Made by a program: the position numbers and the translations under genes. 64,000 nucleotides of DNA from Deltaproteobacteria bacterium. GTDB taxonomy: Bacteria; Myxococcota_A; UBA9160; UBA4427. The stretch covers positions 44 to 64,043 of the forward strand of contig NZHD01000094.1 in assembly GCA_002691205.1 (NCBI GenBank), written 5' to 3'. Below, in pieces: positions 25,658 to 35,676 of the stretch (position 1 is the first letter of the stretch; every line of letters starts with the position of its first letter). Below the pieces are notes generated by a model. That model searched no databases. It was not told the origin of the DNA and saw only the letters and a program-made list of their open reading frames with translations.

Positions 25658-26914
25658 ATGGGGGTTCGCGCGTCTCGAAGTTCGACCCGTGTTGACCCAG
25701 CCAGTGCGGGCTCTTTTAGGGCTTTACGCCACAGCGCGTTCAGGCTGCTTTTCATTTCCTTTCTGATTAATCAGACTGGATTTTGGGTGTCTCATATTTC
25801 GTTGCAAGGAATGATGGTGCAGCTCTCGGACAACGACACCTTTAAGAATGGTTTGCTTTTTTTCGTGTTATTTTTGCCAGCCTTCTTGTTGGCTCCGCTC
25901 TCGGGGGTGGCGGCGGACCGTTTCGATCGCAAGCGCATCATGATCACGAGTTATCTTGGAGTTTCTTCGGCGTGCCTTGTGCTTGCGGTTGCTACAGGCT
26001 CAGGATGGATGACGGCCAATGGATTGTTAGTGATCGCCTTTGCGATGGGGGTCTCGTTTACTTTCGCGGGTCCGGCGAGTATGGCGATTGCCGCAAATTC
26101 AGTGACGCGCGAAGACCTCCCAAGTGCAATCGCGATGCAGTCTGTAGCTAATAATTTGACTCGTGTGATGGGGCCATTGTTGGCGGCGCCTTTGGTCTTT
26201 TCAGGTCAGTTCCAGTTTGCCTTTATACTTTATATGTTCGCCGGCTTGACCGCGGCGTTTCTGACGTCTCGCATGCGGGTGTCGGACTATGTGCCCGATG
26301 TCCAAGAGTCGGGAATCTTCACTCGGATGGCGAGAGGGCTGAGTCATGCCAGAGAGCGGCATCCAGCGCTACCGGCTCTGGTGTCAGTGGCTTTTTTATC
26401 GATCTTCGGCGTCTCGCATACGGTATTGCTTCCTTCGTTTGCGTCTGAGACGCTCGGAGACGCGAGCTACTTCCCTTGGATTGCAGCGGCGACCGGTTTG
26501 GGCGCAATGGGCGGAGCCTTGAGAGCAGGCAGAGTGGGCGCTCGAACGACTTATGGAAGGGCGGCCATGGGAATGGTGGCTTACGGCGCAGCGATGGCCG
26601 TTTTTTCCATGAGTACAAACCTTTGGCTCACACTTGTGGCTCAGTTCATTATCGGTTTCTTTTATTTTTCTGTGATGACTCGGTTGCAGACTTTGATTCA
26701 GCAGATTGTGGAGGAAAACTTAAGAGGCCGTGTGATGAGTTTATTTCAAGTCTGTTGGGCGGGAACGATACCCTTTGGCAGTCTGGCAATGGGGTATGCA
26801 GCGGGCATTTTAGGCACGCCGATGACACTGCTGGCTTCTTCGCTGGTATGCATTTTTTACGGGCTTGTCGCTATGGGGCTTGCCTTTATCTGGCGACGGC
26901 AGTCAGCCGGTTAG
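25658..26914 (+). CDS. MFS transporter
   Basis: 12-TM profile. FRALRHSAFRLLFISFLINQTGFWV and ADRFDRKR motifs. The first in-frame ATG at 25658 is preferred over the TTG at 25580. Confidence 0.85.
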   Translation: MGVRASRSSTRVDPASAGSFRALRHSAFRLLFISFLINQTGFWVSHISLQGMMVQLSDNDTFKNGLLFFVLFLPAFLLAPLSGVAADRFDRKRIMITSYLGVSSACLVLAVATGSGWMTANGLLVIAFAMGVSFTFAGPASMAIAANSVTREDLPSAIAMQSVANNLTRVMGPLLAAPLVFSGQFQFAFILYMFAGLTAAFLTSRMRVSDYVPDVQESGIFTRMARGLSHARERHPALPALVSVAFLSIFGVSHTVLLPSFASETLGDASYFPWIAAATGLGAMGGALRAGRVGARTTYGRAAMGMVAYGAAMAVFSMSTNLWLTLVAQFIIGFFYFSVMTRLQTLIQQIVEENLRGRVMSLFQVCWAGTIPFGSLAMGYAAGILGTPMTLLASSLVCIFYGLVAMGLAFIWRRQSAG

Positions 26915-26938
26915 AGGCGACGGCCATTTTCCAGGTGC

Positions 26939-28240
26939 TCAGGTATTTAGCGGATTTCGATGGCGAGGTTCATCGACCCAGAGCAGGATGATGAAGATGG
27001 CGGCGACCTGGCACGCTATAGCCAGAGAGTAGAGTAGGTTTAGACCTAGAGTGATGGCGATGACGCCGCCAAGAAGAGGTCCCACAGCGCCTACAGCCTC
27101 TTGAGCTGAGTTGGCCACAGCAATTCGCATGGGAAGGTCTTCGCGATCGCCAAACTCAAGGACCATGTTCTGCGAAGCCATTTGAAATCCCCCCATGCCT
27201 GCTCCGATCCCGGTGAAAGCCCAAACAAAATCAGAGAGGGATGTGGCCCAGATGAGTCCCAGTACAGAGAGGATCCACAGCACAAGCGAGGAGACAAAGA
27301 TGAGGCGGAATCCAGTGCGGTCGGCGAGTACGCCCCAGGCTAGGTTGGCGATGGAGTTAGCGCCGACAAAGGCCGCAGTGAGGAGGCCAACAGAGGAGCC
27401 GCTCAGACCGATGACATCCCGTGCATGCACAATATAAAAGGGGGTCGCCATTCGCCCCATCGTGGCGAGTGCTCGGCTGAGGAAGTAGAGGGTAAACGCT
27501 CGATCTGACCGGAGTAACGCAGGCAGTTCACGGATTCGGTCACCGAGTTGCGTTTGTGTACGAACTGTAGGAGGCACGGGCTCACGGACAAAGAAGAGCA
27601 TACACAGGCCCAGGCTTGTTAATCCGAATGCAAGAAGGAAAGTTGCCGAGTATCCGTTCCCAAGAGCATTCGTTTCTACAAGGTACTGGCCTCCGAAATA
27701 CGCGACGAGTGCCGCCGTCGCTCCAGCAAGCGCATTTCGAAACCCAAGCAATTTGCCTCTTCTGACGACAGGGATCACCTTTGAAAGAAGAAAGTTGAAG
27801 ATAACGCCTTGGATACCGAGCAAGAACCCGAAGAGAAATAGAAATAGACCGATGGCAAGGACGGCGGCCTCGGGCTTGAGCAAGAGGCCCGCGAGTGCGA
27901 TGCCAAGGATTTGTAGACGCATTGCGCCGCCCACCCAGAGCCCGACGGACAGTACCCGACGTCGATGCTCAATTAAGTTGGCTCCCAAGAGCGGCGAAAG
28001 AAACATGCCGAGATATTGCAAAGAGCGGATGAGACCTACGGCCAACTCGGAACCCGAGATTAAGAGCACATACGCGGGCATGAGGGTGGGTGCGTTAAGG
28101 AGTCTGAATCCGGTTTGACCAAGAAGTCCATGGAGAAGGTGCGCGATGTAGTTTCGCCGGAGATTTTTTTGAATCTCGGCCTGGTAGGCTTCCTCTGGAT
28201 CACTGGGCTGTTTTTCGTGTGGATTCGAGTCCGAGTTCAA
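26939..28240 (-). CDS. MFS transporter
   Basis: 433-aa polytopic ORF with an MFS-like repeat organisation. Convergent with the previous MFS gene. Confidence 0.85.
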   Translation of the reverse strand: MNSDSNPHEKQPSDPEEAYQAEIQKNLRRNYIAHLLHGLLGQTGFRLLNAPTLMPAYVLLISGSELAVGLIRSLQYLGMFLSPLLGANLIEHRRRVLSVGLWVGGAMRLQILGIALAGLLLKPEAAVLAIGLFLFLFGFLLGIQGVIFNFLLSKVIPVVRRGKLLGFRNALAGATAALVAYFGGQYLVETNALGNGYSATFLLAFGLTSLGLCMLFFVREPVPPTVRTQTQLGDRIRELPALLRSDRAFTLYFLSRALATMGRMATPFYIVHARDVIGLSGSSVGLLTAAFVGANSIANLAWGVLADRTGFRLIFVSSLVLWILSVLGLIWATSLSDFVWAFTGIGAGMGGFQMASQNMVLEFGDREDLPMRIAVANSAQEAVGAVGPLLGGVIAITLGLNLLYSLAIACQVAAIFIILLWVDEPRHRNPLNT

Positions 28241-28486
28241 GCTTTTCCTCCCGGGGGCGTTTGCGATGATTTAAAGTGCCTGTGTGCCGCCCGAGAAGCT
28301 CATATTCGCATGAATTCGTTTAGGCTGGGGGTTGACTTGTCTCCCAGCGGGGCGAAAGATACACTCATCAGGACGAAAACGGACGAGTTTCCATCCTTTC
28401 TGGGAATGCTGTAGCTTTATAGATCCAGCTCAGTTCCCTGGGCTCCGACAAGCTTATTGAGAGTGTACTTGAATTGAAAGAATTAA

Positions 28487-28906
28487 ATGGCCTCTGATAC
28501 TCCGACTGCAAAAACAAACCTGGCGACCATCCCTCTTGAGTGGGGAGACGGCCAAAAGAGCGATGAGGGGGACGGGCCTACCTCGGGTTCAGTGATTGAA
28601 CTGACCGAGTCCGCCCGAGCTGAAGTTCTTAGGTTGATGGTCGAAGAGGGCAAGCCAGGTCTACGTCTGGGTATCAAAGGCGGTGGATGCTCAGGGTTAA
28701 GCTATCTCCTTGAGTTCACAGAGGAGCGGGAAGGGGATACGATTGTTGAGTTTGATGGCTTTCGTGTTTTTCTAGATCGCAAGTCGACGATTTATCTGCG
28801 CGGGATCACTTTGGATCATCAAGGGGGGCTCGAAGGTCGAGGTTTTCTTTTCCACAATCCACAGGCGAGTAATACGTGTGGTTGTGGGGAGAGTTTCTCT
28901 CTCTGA
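28487..28906 (+). CDS. A-type iron-sulfur cluster carrier (IscA/ErpA/HesB family)
   Basis: GLRLGIKGGGCSGLSY and the C-terminal CGCGESF motif. It has an N-terminal extension of about 35 aa. Confidence 0.9.
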   Translation: MASDTPTAKTNLATIPLEWGDGQKSDEGDGPTSGSVIELTESARAEVLRLMVEEGKPGLRLGIKGGGCSGLSYLLEFTEEREGDTIVEFDGFRVFLDRKSTIYLRGITLDHQGGLEGRGFLFHNPQASNTCGCGESFSL

Positions 28907-28910
28907 GGCG

Positions 28911-30740
28911 ATGAATCCATTGCCCGCGATCACGCAGTTGATCAAAGACGTTCGCGCTCAGGGCTTCTTTGCCAAGTTGGGGCCTGCCGGAAGCGGGATG
29001 GCCGATCCAGGTTGGCTTTCGGTTACGGGCCGAGATGCTCTGGAGTTCATGCACTCCCAAGTGACAAATGACGTCACAGGCCTTCAGCCGGGCGAGGGCA
29101 ATGCCTCTGCCAGAGTCAACCGGCAGGGGCAGTTGTTGGAGCTTTTTCATCTTCATCGCTTGCCCCAGCCCATGGGTGAAGACGCTCTGGGATTTTTGCT
29201 GCCTCGGACTCGTATTGCGCAACTCATGTCTCTCTTTGAAGACGCTATCTTTGCGGATGATGTGCACCTTGAGGATCAAAGTGAATCTTGGGAGTGGTGG
29301 GCGTTACAGGGAACCTCGGCCGGTTCAGTTCTCGATCACCTCTGGCCTATAGACCAGGAAGAATGGGCGTCGCTGCCCGAGAACGCCTCTAGATTTCTTT
29401 CGGAACCGTCGGACGATACGCCTCCGCTCTTACTCCGATGTTCGCTGGCCGGGGACGGAGGTTTCCTGGTTGGATTCCCAAAGCCGCTGAAGGCCGCGGC
29501 TTCTCAGATCGATGCATTGAGCAGAGCGAGCTTAGAGGCTGGCCTCATACATCTGGAAGAACCTGCTCTCTCAGAGGTTCTGGATTCTTTGCGCATTGAG
29601 GCGGGTGTGGTCCAGATGGGTTCGGATACGGTGGGACGTAAACGGATTCTCCCCGAGACGGGTCTTGAGCAATTTACGGTCAGCTATACCAAGGGCTGCT
29701 ATTTAGGCCAGGAGGTGATCGCTCGAGTACGGACCTATGGAGCTTTGCCTTATAGCTTGCGAGGTCTGGTTTTGACCTCGGCGGATCTAGATTCCGAGGG
29801 CATTCTTTTGAATCTGCCCAAAGCCGGTGAGCGCATTTTGCTTTCGGATGGCTCTAAGGTCGGCCAGTGGGGGTCGCGAACATTTTCAACGCACAGAGAG
29901 AGCGCGGTTGCGTATGCCTATCTCGATAAGACACACCGGACACCCGGCGCCGAGTTAGACCTTTTTGTTTCTGAGAGGCGAGTCTCGGCTGAGGTCGTGC
30001 TCCTTCCGTTCTATCGTGCTCCCGATCAGGGGGACCGAGTCGACTGGTTGTACGACCGGGCGGTCCGAGATTTTGCTCAGGGCCGTGAAGCGGATGCACT
30101 CACCGGTCTTGAAGAGGCATTACGGATTGATCCCTCTTTTTCGGATGGCTACGAGGCGATGGGCGTTATTTTTGGTCGGTCTGATCGTTTTCATGAAGCC
30201 ATTGATGTCTTTAAAAGACTTGAAGAGATCGCTCCCGACGAGCCGATGGTGAACACAAACTTATCTCTTTACTTCATGAAATTGGGAGACAAAGAGACCG
30301 CCGAGGCGGAGTCGGCCAAGGCGATGCAGAAAGATATGGCGAAAGCGTCAGGACGTCGCATCGACGATGAAGCCCTTGAGCACGCTTTGGTTGAGCAAAA
30401 AAGATCTGACGCGCTTCGGAAGAAGGAAATGTTTGGGCAGATTCTAGAGATCGACCCAGAGGACGGGATCGCTCTCTTTGGAATCGGCAATGCATTAGCG
30501 ATTTTAGAAGATTGGGATGGAGCCGTCGGCGCCTATTCTTCCGCCGCTGAAGTCGACCCTGAGAACTCAGCCGTCCATTTGGCCCACGGGAAGGCCCTAG
30601 AGAAACTCTTACGCTTTAAGGAGGCTCTTTCGGTTTATCGGCTGGGTATGGAAGTGGCCTCGCGAAAAGGGGATTTGATGCCCCTGGGTGAGATGGAACA
30701 CAGAGCGCTGCTATTATCAACCAGTGAGAACCGGTCCTAG
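28911..30740 (+). CDS. ygfZ: YgfZ/IBA57-family folate-binding Fe-S maturation protein fused to a C-terminal TPR domain
   Basis: GCV_T-like N-terminal region with the family signature KGCYLGQE. The last ~230 aa (nt ~30030-30740) are TPR-like repeats. The ATG at 28911 lies 4 nt after the A-type carrier stop. Confidence 0.8.
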   Translation: MNPLPAITQLIKDVRAQGFFAKLGPAGSGMADPGWLSVTGRDALEFMHSQVTNDVTGLQPGEGNASARVNRQGQLLELFHLHRLPQPMGEDALGFLLPRTRIAQLMSLFEDAIFADDVHLEDQSESWEWWALQGTSAGSVLDHLWPIDQEEWASLPENASRFLSEPSDDTPPLLLRCSLAGDGGFLVGFPKPLKAAASQIDALSRASLEAGLIHLEEPALSEVLDSLRIEAGVVQMGSDTVGRKRILPETGLEQFTVSYTKGCYLGQEVIARVRTYGALPYSLRGLVLTSADLDSEGILLNLPKAGERILLSDGSKVGQWGSRTFSTHRESAVAYAYLDKTHRTPGAELDLFVSERRVSAEVVLLPFYRAPDQGDRVDWLYDRAVRDFAQGREADALTGLEEALRIDPSFSDGYEAMGVIFGRSDRFHEAIDVFKRLEEIAPDEPMVNTNLSLYFMKLGDKETAEAESAKAMQKDMAKASGRRIDDEALEHALVEQKRSDALRKKEMFGQILEIDPEDGIALFGIGNALAILEDWDGAVGAYSSAAEVDPENSAVHLAHGKALEKLLRFKEALSVYRLGMEVASRKGDLMPLGEMEHRALLLSTSENRS

Positions 30741-30821
30741 AGGGCAGCCTTGTGTGCTGGTCCCGGACCATGATCTAAGCTCGGCAGAGCCCTCTGAATG
30801 AGGGCGCAAGGAGAATGAATT

Positions 30822-31511
30822 TTGAGTGTGGTAGAAAAATTAAAGGGCTTGGTGTCTGGCGGGCAGGTTGTGGCTCCAATCAGTGACAGCGTCGCGAACC
30901 CCTCTGAGGAAGCTCTTGATGTCGAAATTGATCGGCCGGCCGCAGAAGCGGTGACCTGTCGAATTCGTTTCAGCCGTGCCGTTTCGCCCGGTGGAACCTC
31001 TTTATTCGAGACGCCCGAGGAGGCCGAGGCTTGGCCTGCCGTCAGGGCTCTGCTGGGAATTTCAGGCGTTCACTCCGTCATTGGAAAGGGAGACGTTCTG
31101 GTGGTGGCTCGGCGCGAGGACACAGAGTGGCCCGCAATTCTAGATCGCGTAGAAGGAGCTTTGCGAAAGGCTTCGGGCTTCGAAGCCGAGCCCACGGCGC
31201 CTGCCCCATCTAAAATCGAACAGCCTCGAGACGAAGTGGCCGAAGCCGCACTGCGTAAACGTGTAGAGAAAGTCATCGTCGATCAGATTAACCCCGGCTT
31301 GGATTCACATGGGGGCTATATCGACCTGTTGGATGTTTACGGCACTCGATTGTTCATCCACATGGGTGGAGGTTGCCAGGGCTGCTCTATGTCGGCGGCG
31401 ACTCTCAAGCAGGGCGTTGAGACTATGCTCAGAGCTGAAATCCCTGAAATCAGCGAGATTTTAGACACCACCGATCATGCTGCAGGAGAAAATCCTTACT
31501 TCACGGGATGA
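30822..31511 (+). CDS. NFU1-like Fe-S cluster carrier (Nfu_N-like domain plus NifU C-terminal CxxC domain)
   Basis: C-terminal HGGYIDLLDV...HMGGGCQGCSMS. The N-terminal domain resembles the eukaryotic-type Nfu_N domain (FETPEEAEAWPAVRALLGISGVHSV). TTG start with an AAGGAG SD 8 nt upstream. Confidence 0.8.
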   Translation: MSVVEKLKGLVSGGQVVAPISDSVANPSEEALDVEIDRPAAEAVTCRIRFSRAVSPGGTSLFETPEEAEAWPAVRALLGISGVHSVIGKGDVLVVARREDTEWPAILDRVEGALRKASGFEAEPTAPAPSKIEQPRDEVAEAALRKRVEKVIVDQINPGLDSHGGYIDLLDVYGTRLFIHMGGGCQGCSMSAATLKQGVETMLRAEIPEISEILDTTDHAAGENPYFTG

Positions 31512-31592
31512 GGAAAGCATTTTTTGCTCGCAGCTGAACTTGATACGGCGCCTAAGTGAAGGGAAGGCTCACGAGGGCTAAAATCCTGAATC

Positions 31593-31919
31593 TCAAGGAG
31601 CGGGTGAGAGGATGGCGAGAACCAAGAGCCGGCTCTTCCCCGTGTTCCTAATGCCGTGAGGTACATCTTCCGGGGCAATCAGCATATGCCCCGGTTCCAT
31701 GGGGACTTCTCGATCCTCAAGGATAAAGATTCCCGTTCCTTCAAGCACTTGGTACACCTTGTCCATGCCTGCATGGGCATGAAGTTTGTGTTCTTGCCCA
31801 ACCTCAAAGGCGTTGAGCCCGACCATGATCCGGTCGGATGAGAAGAGGGTGCTCTTGCCCATTTTTTCTTCGGAGTAGACGGCGTGTTCTTCTGGTCGGA
31901 ATACGGTGGGGTGATCCAT
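31593..31919 (-). CDS. Cupin domain protein
   Basis: GQEHKLHAHAGMDKVYQVLEG...PHGIRNTG cupin motifs. An internal ATG at 31919 was chosen because the longer ORF overlaps the upstream gene by 98 nt. Confidence 0.75.
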   Translation of the reverse strand: MDHPTVFRPEEHAVYSEEKMGKSTLFSSDRIMVGLNAFEVGQEHKLHAHAGMDKVYQVLEGTGIFILEDREVPMEPGHMLIAPEDVPHGIRNTGKSRLLVLAILSPAP

Positions 31920-31977
31920 GATTGCATCGTACCACGGGCATCGGTGGAGTCCAGCGAAATAGCCAATCGTTTTAAGC

Positions 31978-32577
31978 TCACCGAAAATTGACTCGGTTTT
32001 CAATCTCTGCCCAATTGTGGACACGCTCGATGGAACTCGAATGAGAGGTCTGCTGCCGATTCCAGGGTCGATCAAAGAGCAGAACAGAAGTATTTAACGC
32101 CTTTGCGAGATAGGAGGCTGTTTCAAAAGAATCTTCGATTACGAAGTCATAGGTTCGCCCATTCAATTCCTGAAGTGGAATGGCCCCTTGGTTTGCGTGC
32201 CGATTGTATTTATCCACGAATTCAAGGCTGTTGTAAGGAATTGTATTTTTCTTTAGCCACTTGAGTGTTGATGGCTGACTGCTGGGCGGGCGACCTGTCA
32301 GCAAATTGATTTCAGCCCCTCCGCGAATCCATTGCCCTAGCGTTTTCCGAGCGCCTCTGACCACCGGGAGTTGCTCTAGAAATCGAGGCGTGTGGACAGC
32401 GTTCATGAAGTCCTCATATTCATGTTCTGCAAGAGAAAGTGAAACGCGAAGATCAAAGACGCTCATTTCTTCAAACTTGACGTTTTTCGCGAAATCTCGA
32501 CGGGCGATCTCGGCGCACGCTCGAGTCGACTCGGCGAGGACATCATCAATATCAACGTAAATGAGCGGTGGATTCAT
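31978..32577 (-). CDS. HAD-superfamily 5'(3')-deoxyribonucleotidase-like phosphatase
   Basis: N-terminal IYVDIDDVLAES (DxDxV nucleophile motif). 199 aa. Confidence 0.6.
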   Translation of the reverse strand: MNPPLIYVDIDDVLAESTRACAEIARRDFAKNVKFEEMSVFDLRVSLSLAEHEYEDFMNAVHTPRFLEQLPVVRGARKTLGQWIRGGAEINLLTGRPPSSQPSTLKWLKKNTIPYNSLEFVDKYNRHANQGAIPLQELNGRTYDFVIEDSFETASYLAKALNTSVLLFDRPWNRQQTSHSSSIERVHNWAEIENRVNFR

Positions 32578-32739
32578 TTTTTAGAAGATGCCGAATTTAA
32601 AGGCTCTCACAAGCGTTCAAGCGAGAACAAGGGGAGTGGAAAGCTTGACTCGATTTTCGTCTGCTAGACTCTATGGTCAGAAAATTAAAACTCATATTCT
32701 CCCCGTTAAGAACCGGAGTAGAGCAGGAAGGAGAGAGCC

Positions 32740-34452
32740 GTGTACGATCTCGTAATTCGAAATGGCACGGTGGTGGATGGAACCGGCGCGGCGCCCCGCA
32801 TTTGCGATGTGGCTATTCAAGGGGACCGGATTGTAGAAGTGGGGCCCAACCTACTGCAGGGGGAGCGTGAGATTGATGCTCAGGGGCGCCTCGTGACGCC
32901 AGGGTGGGTCGATATTCATACTCATTACGACGGGCAAGTCACATGGGACCCCCACCTTTCGCCGTCCGGGGGAACCAATGGGGTGACTTCCGTGGTGATG
33001 GGCAACTGTGGTGTTGGTTTTGCCCCGGCTCGACCGGAACGCCACGACTGGTTGGTTCAGTTGATGGAAGGCGTAGAGGACATTCCAGGGACGGCCCTCG
33101 CCGAAGGAATCGACTGGAAATGGGAAAGCTTTCCGGAATATCTGGATGCTCTTGACGCGATGCCTCGGTCCTTAGACGTGGGAACTCAAGTTCCACACGG
33201 CGCAGTTAGGGCTTATGTGATGGACGAGCGGGGAGCGAAGAACGAGAAGGCGACTCCTGAAGACATTAAGGCAATGGGGGAAATCGTAGCTGAGGCTTTG
33301 AGAGCCGGCGCTCTGGGTTTCTCGACCTCGCGAACTCTTCTGCACAGAGCCAAAGATGGGGAGCCTGTTCCAGGTACCTTTGCGAGCGAGGATGAGTTGA
33401 TCGGAATTGGCGAAGTGATGGGTGAAGTTGGATCGGGTGTCTTTGAGTGCGCGAGTGACTTGGCGAATGAAGAAGCAGAAATCGCTTGGATGCACGAACT
33501 CTCCAAGCGCACCGGACGCCCTGTGACATTCGCGTGCCTTCAAAATGACCTTGATCGAAACCAATACAAACGCCTTCTTGAAGCCTGCGAGCGCTCTCTG
33601 GCAGATGGCGGTCGGGTGACGGCCCAAGTGGCCGCACGTCCAGCCGGTATGTTGATGGGCTTGGAGTCGAGTCTTCACCCTTTCATTACGCACAAGGCCT
33701 ATCGGCCGCTCGCTGAGCTCCCTTTGGAGGAGCGAGTAGCGGCGATGCGAACGCCGGAAGTAAGAGAAGCGATTCTTTCAGCCCAGCCTTCTACTGAGAA
33801 TCCCATGGTCGCCTTGATCGCCATGGCTTTTCATAAGCTCTTTCCCTTGGGCGACCCGCCCGACTATGAGCCTGGTCCGGAGAAAAGTATCTACGCCATC
33901 GCCCAGCGAGAGGGACGAAAGCCTCAGGAGGTCGCTTACGATTTTTTGCTTCAGAAGGATGGAAAAGAGCTTTTGTACTTTCCCATTCTTGGTTATGCGG
34001 AAGGGAACTTCGACGCATTGCGGGAGATGATGCTTCATCCCCAATCGGTCTTCGGTCTTTCTGATGGGGGCGCGCACTGTGGTTTGATTTGTGACGCGAG
34101 CATACCGACTTATTTGCTGACTCATTGGGGCCGAGATCGAGATCGCGGTGAACGGATTCCAATTGAGACCCTCGTCGCCTCTCAGACCAGAGACACAGCC
34201 ACTCTGTATGGCTTAAATGACAGAGGCATTTTGGCGCCGGGTATGAAGGCAGACCTTAATGTAATTGATTTAGAAGCTCTTCAGATCCGTTTGCCCGAAA
34301 TGGCGTATGACTTGCCCACCGGCGCACGAAGGTTGATGCAGAAAGTCGAAGGGTATGACTATACAATTTGCAGTGGGCAGATCACGTTTGAATCTGGAGA
34401 ACCGACGGGGGCTTTGCCTGGTCGACTTATACGAGGCCCTCAGAGTATCTAG
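32740..34452 (+). CDS. N-acyl-D-amino-acid deacylase (D-aminoacylase) family amidohydrolase
   Basis: MYDLVIRNGTVVDGTGAAPRICDVAIQGDRIVEVG and GWVDIHTHYDGQ are typical of this family. GTG start. 570 aa. Confidence 0.85.
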   Translation: MYDLVIRNGTVVDGTGAAPRICDVAIQGDRIVEVGPNLLQGEREIDAQGRLVTPGWVDIHTHYDGQVTWDPHLSPSGGTNGVTSVVMGNCGVGFAPARPERHDWLVQLMEGVEDIPGTALAEGIDWKWESFPEYLDALDAMPRSLDVGTQVPHGAVRAYVMDERGAKNEKATPEDIKAMGEIVAEALRAGALGFSTSRTLLHRAKDGEPVPGTFASEDELIGIGEVMGEVGSGVFECASDLANEEAEIAWMHELSKRTGRPVTFACLQNDLDRNQYKRLLEACERSLADGGRVTAQVAARPAGMLMGLESSLHPFITHKAYRPLAELPLEERVAAMRTPEVREAILSAQPSTENPMVALIAMAFHKLFPLGDPPDYEPGPEKSIYAIAQREGRKPQEVAYDFLLQKDGKELLYFPILGYAEGNFDALREMMLHPQSVFGLSDGGAHCGLICDASIPTYLLTHWGRDRDRGERIPIETLVASQTRDTATLYGLNDRGILAPGMKADLNVIDLEALQIRLPEMAYDLPTGARRLMQKVEGYDYTICSGQITFESGEPTGALPGRLIRGPQSI

Positions 34453-35384
34453 TCTGATCTAGCCTGTTTTTTCGAGTGGTTTTGCCAAACCTCAAGCAAG
34501 CTCGATCGAAGGTCGCCTAGGTTTACATCGAGAGCTACCTCGGCATTGGGTTCTGTTTCGGCAGGAATCATATTTCCTTTGTCATCAACTTCAACGGACT
34601 GAGGCTCAAACGAGCAAAGGCCGGGTTCCGGTAAGGTGGCCAGCGTAAGCGGGTCGTGAAGGGCGACCTTTGGGTCGGGTGTTTTAAAATGTTGACTCAA
34701 GTAATCGAGCCAAACGCGGCAGAGAGTATGGAGTGTTTGGCACAGTTCATCGCCCTCTGAGAGTAACTCTAAATCGGAAGAGTCCAGCGAGGTTTGAAAC
34801 GTTACTTCTGCGGGTACAATCCGATGAAGTGATTTCGTTTGCGCGTCAATCACCGTGCGCGTCGCCACGGGGTCAGAAAAGAAATTCCATTCAGCAATTC
34901 GATCATTCATTCCGGGTATGATCGCACGTTGTGATTTTCCACCCATGATGGCGAGGGGAGGGAGTAGGGCCCCTAGGCGTACAAGCGCCCCAAGGTTTGT
35001 GAGGGGACCGATGGCCACGATGTAATCTGGATCTGTGGCCTCTAGAGCTCCTGCGAGAGCTTCTATACGAGCTTCAGTGGTTTTAGGGCTCTCCAATTCA
35101 ATCCGCAGGTTCGGTTTTGGGCTTTTGAGTAAGCCCCTCCCTTCGTGCCCAAACATGATTCCTGCCCGACGTTCGGTGAGTGGCTTACCTAGACCCGTGA
35201 GGACAGGGATTTCTTTGACATTAGCTTTTTGAAGTAGGGCCTCTGCACATTGAGATCGGAGTTCCACATCGCCGAATACGGTTGAAATTCCGACAACTTC
35301 CAAATGAGGATGACGGAGCCCGTACGCGAGAGCCAGTGCATCATCTACGTCACTTCCCAAGTCGGTGTCCAGCCAAATTTTCAT
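34449..35384 (-). CDS. Nucleoside hydrolase (inosine/uridine-preferring family)
   Basis: N-terminal DTDLGSDVDDALAL (DxDxxxDD). 311 aa. Its stop overlaps the convergent gene (CTAG). Confidence 0.85.
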   Translation of the reverse strand: MKIWLDTDLGSDVDDALALAYGLRHPHLEVVGISTVFGDVELRSQCAEALLQKANVKEIPVLTGLGKPLTERRAGIMFGHEGRGLLKSPKPNLRIELESPKTTEARIEALAGALEATDPDYIVAIGPLTNLGALVRLGALLPPLAIMGGKSQRAIIPGMNDRIAEWNFFSDPVATRTVIDAQTKSLHRIVPAEVTFQTSLDSSDLELLSEGDELCQTLHTLCRVWLDYLSQHFKTPDPKVALHDPLTLATLPEPGLCSFEPQSVEVDDKGNMIPAETEPNAEVALDVNLGDLRSSLLEVWQNHSKKQARSD

Positions 35385-35676
35385 GATTTCCCTCTTTTCC
35401 TTTTCGGCGGATTTTGCTCATTTCGATTTCGGATATTCGACAGATCTTCGTAGAACATGTGAGAGAGGAAGCATAGGCGCGTGTCTCTTTCTCTACAAAA
35501 GCTTCGGAATAGGGATTCCATACAATTTCTGGAGAATGCTCTTTGATGGTATAAAAAGGGGGGGGCTTGCGATTAAGTGGCCTAAAAAAGATCGTCGGAG
35601 TTTGGGTAGACGCTAGGATAAGGCTTTGTTTTTTAAAAACGTATATCCTAATTCCACCTTCAAAAAGGATACGAAA

